A DNA stretch of 64,000 bases from Trichosphaerium sp. ATCC 40318 (taxonomy: Eukaryota > Protista > Tubulinea): contig JALMLS010000277.1 in the NCBI GenBank assembly GCA_038496445.1, positions 62,001 to 126,000 of the forward strand, given 5' to 3'. The first letter of the stretch is position 1. Every line of letters starts with the position of its first letter. Of this stretch, positions 62,917 to 64,000 are shown piece after piece. The position numbers and the translations under genes were made by a program. Under the pieces are notes generated by a model, which was given only the letters and a program-made list of their open reading frames with translations, did no database searches and was not told the DNA's origin.

Positions 62917-64000
62917 ATGCGCTTGTTAATTTGTCTCTCGTTGGTAGTACTATGTATTGCCACAAAAGTTACCTATGAAGGTCATTCTGTACTCCAATTT
63001 GTATCTACCCAATCCCAATTAGATAATCTCGTAAAGGTACTAGTATAAAAACTAAAGTATTGTGACCGTTAATATCAAGTTTCCATAGAAAGTTCCTGGT
63101 TTTGACTTATGGAAACAAAGAAAGCACGTGGACGCTTGGAAAATAGATGCAATGATGCCTAGAGAGTATATAAGTGAGTTGGAAGCTATGAACATGAATT
63201 ATACCGTAATTACTGAAGGTACGGCAGAAACGAAAGAAAGACAAGTCAAAAGTACTTTTTTTTGTTAAAACCAATGTTTTTAGATGTACAGAAGCTCATT
63301 GACGACTATGCCAACGCTCCACCTTCTAAACTTAATAAAGTTGATCCTTTCTTTGATGATTTCCGTACAACTGAGCAAACGTCAGCGTACATGGATGAAC
63401 TCGTTAAGAAATATCCAAATTTATTGACTAGAGTTAACGTTGGCACAACTTTTGAAGGTATGACGCAGCAGCGGCTATCACGTTTCGGAAGTTGACAGGA
63501 AATTTTCAGGTAGAGCCATAGATGGACTTCAACTCAGATATGGAACCTCTGTGAAACCAAAGGCAATGTATTTTCAGGTAACTTTCACACGTGAACAAAA
63601 AAATTTGTTCTTTTTGTTCTTAATTTAGTAAAGGCTATGGCACACGCACGTGAATGGTTGACAATGCCAACTGCTTTATATATTCTTACAAAGATGCTTC
63701 AAGACTATACCGATGGTGATCAAGAAATTGTTCGCCTTGTGGAGAACCTTGATTGGCACATGTACGCTCATTATGGTTTTATTCATAATTTCTTTGTTCG
63801 TTACAAACTGTTTTTCTCATTTGTGTTAACTAGTGTACCTTTGGTTAATGTTGATGGCTACACATACACATGGACAAATAGCCGTTTATGGCGTAAGAAT
63901 AGAAGACGTAATAGTGGTGGTAGTTTTGGAGTTGACCTTAACAGAAACTATGGCGTAAGCTGCTCTCCACAGTGTTTTATTTCTTATTTTTCCCAAGCCA
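62917..64000 (+). CDS. Secreted zinc carboxypeptidase A/B (peptidase M14A) with a propeptide; 3' end runs off the window
   Basis: Signal peptide; VGTTFEGR; HAREW zinc motif; PLVNVDGY.YTW..SRLWRKNR; GVDLNRN. Confidence 0.93.

Noticed and set aside
1-64000. Alternative genetic code or stop readthrough as the cause of the short ORFs
   Set aside because: Stops fall inside GT-AG introns, conserved Trp residues use TGG, and TAA, TAG and TGA all terminate genes.
1-64000. tRNA, rRNA, U12-type introns, CRISPR arrays, transposases
   Set aside because: No T-loop or cloverleaf pattern, RTATCCTT donor, spaced direct repeats or RT/transposase motif seen by eye. tRNAscan-SE and Infernal would be needed to exclude small RNAs.

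Overview
This is a compact, AT-rich (~35% GC by eye) eukaryotic nuclear region in the standard genetic code. It holds about 24 protein-coding genes broken by many short introns (mostly 30-60 nt, GT..AG), so the ORF track shows only exon fragments. All gene models below were spliced by hand and all family assignments come from motif recognition, not database searches. A Dictyostelium-type myosin II regulatory light chain (REESS motif) points to a free-living amoebozoan. Left to right: UBE2Q-like E2, TTC14, three secreted carbohydrate-related genes (CBM6 protein, intronless beta-helix protein, GH5 cellulase), a C1-ARM-TKL kinase with a C-terminal F-box-like motif, alanine-glyoxylate aminotransferase, a LamG surface protein, a chlorophyllase-like hydrolase, an 8-kb SNF2 helicase gene fused to an MgsA-C-like domain, an F-box/pseudo-AAA protein, an SDR, a START/SRPBCC protein, a tandem-repeat HhH-like protein, a coiled-coil protein, mlcR, a papain/transglutaminase-like protein, a WWE-PARP head-to-head with an Entamoeba-type minimal RNase III, bacterial-type GrxB, a six-RBD protein, an MVP-like SPFH protein with a mitochondrial-type presequence, an ARM/TPR protein and an M14 carboxypeptidase. 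The best leads are the divergent PARP/RNase III pair (possible RNA-defence module), the apparently mitochondrial vault-like protein, the SNF2-MgsA fusion and a roughly 7-fold excess of CACGTG. I recognised no tRNA, rRNA, CRISPR array or transposon.
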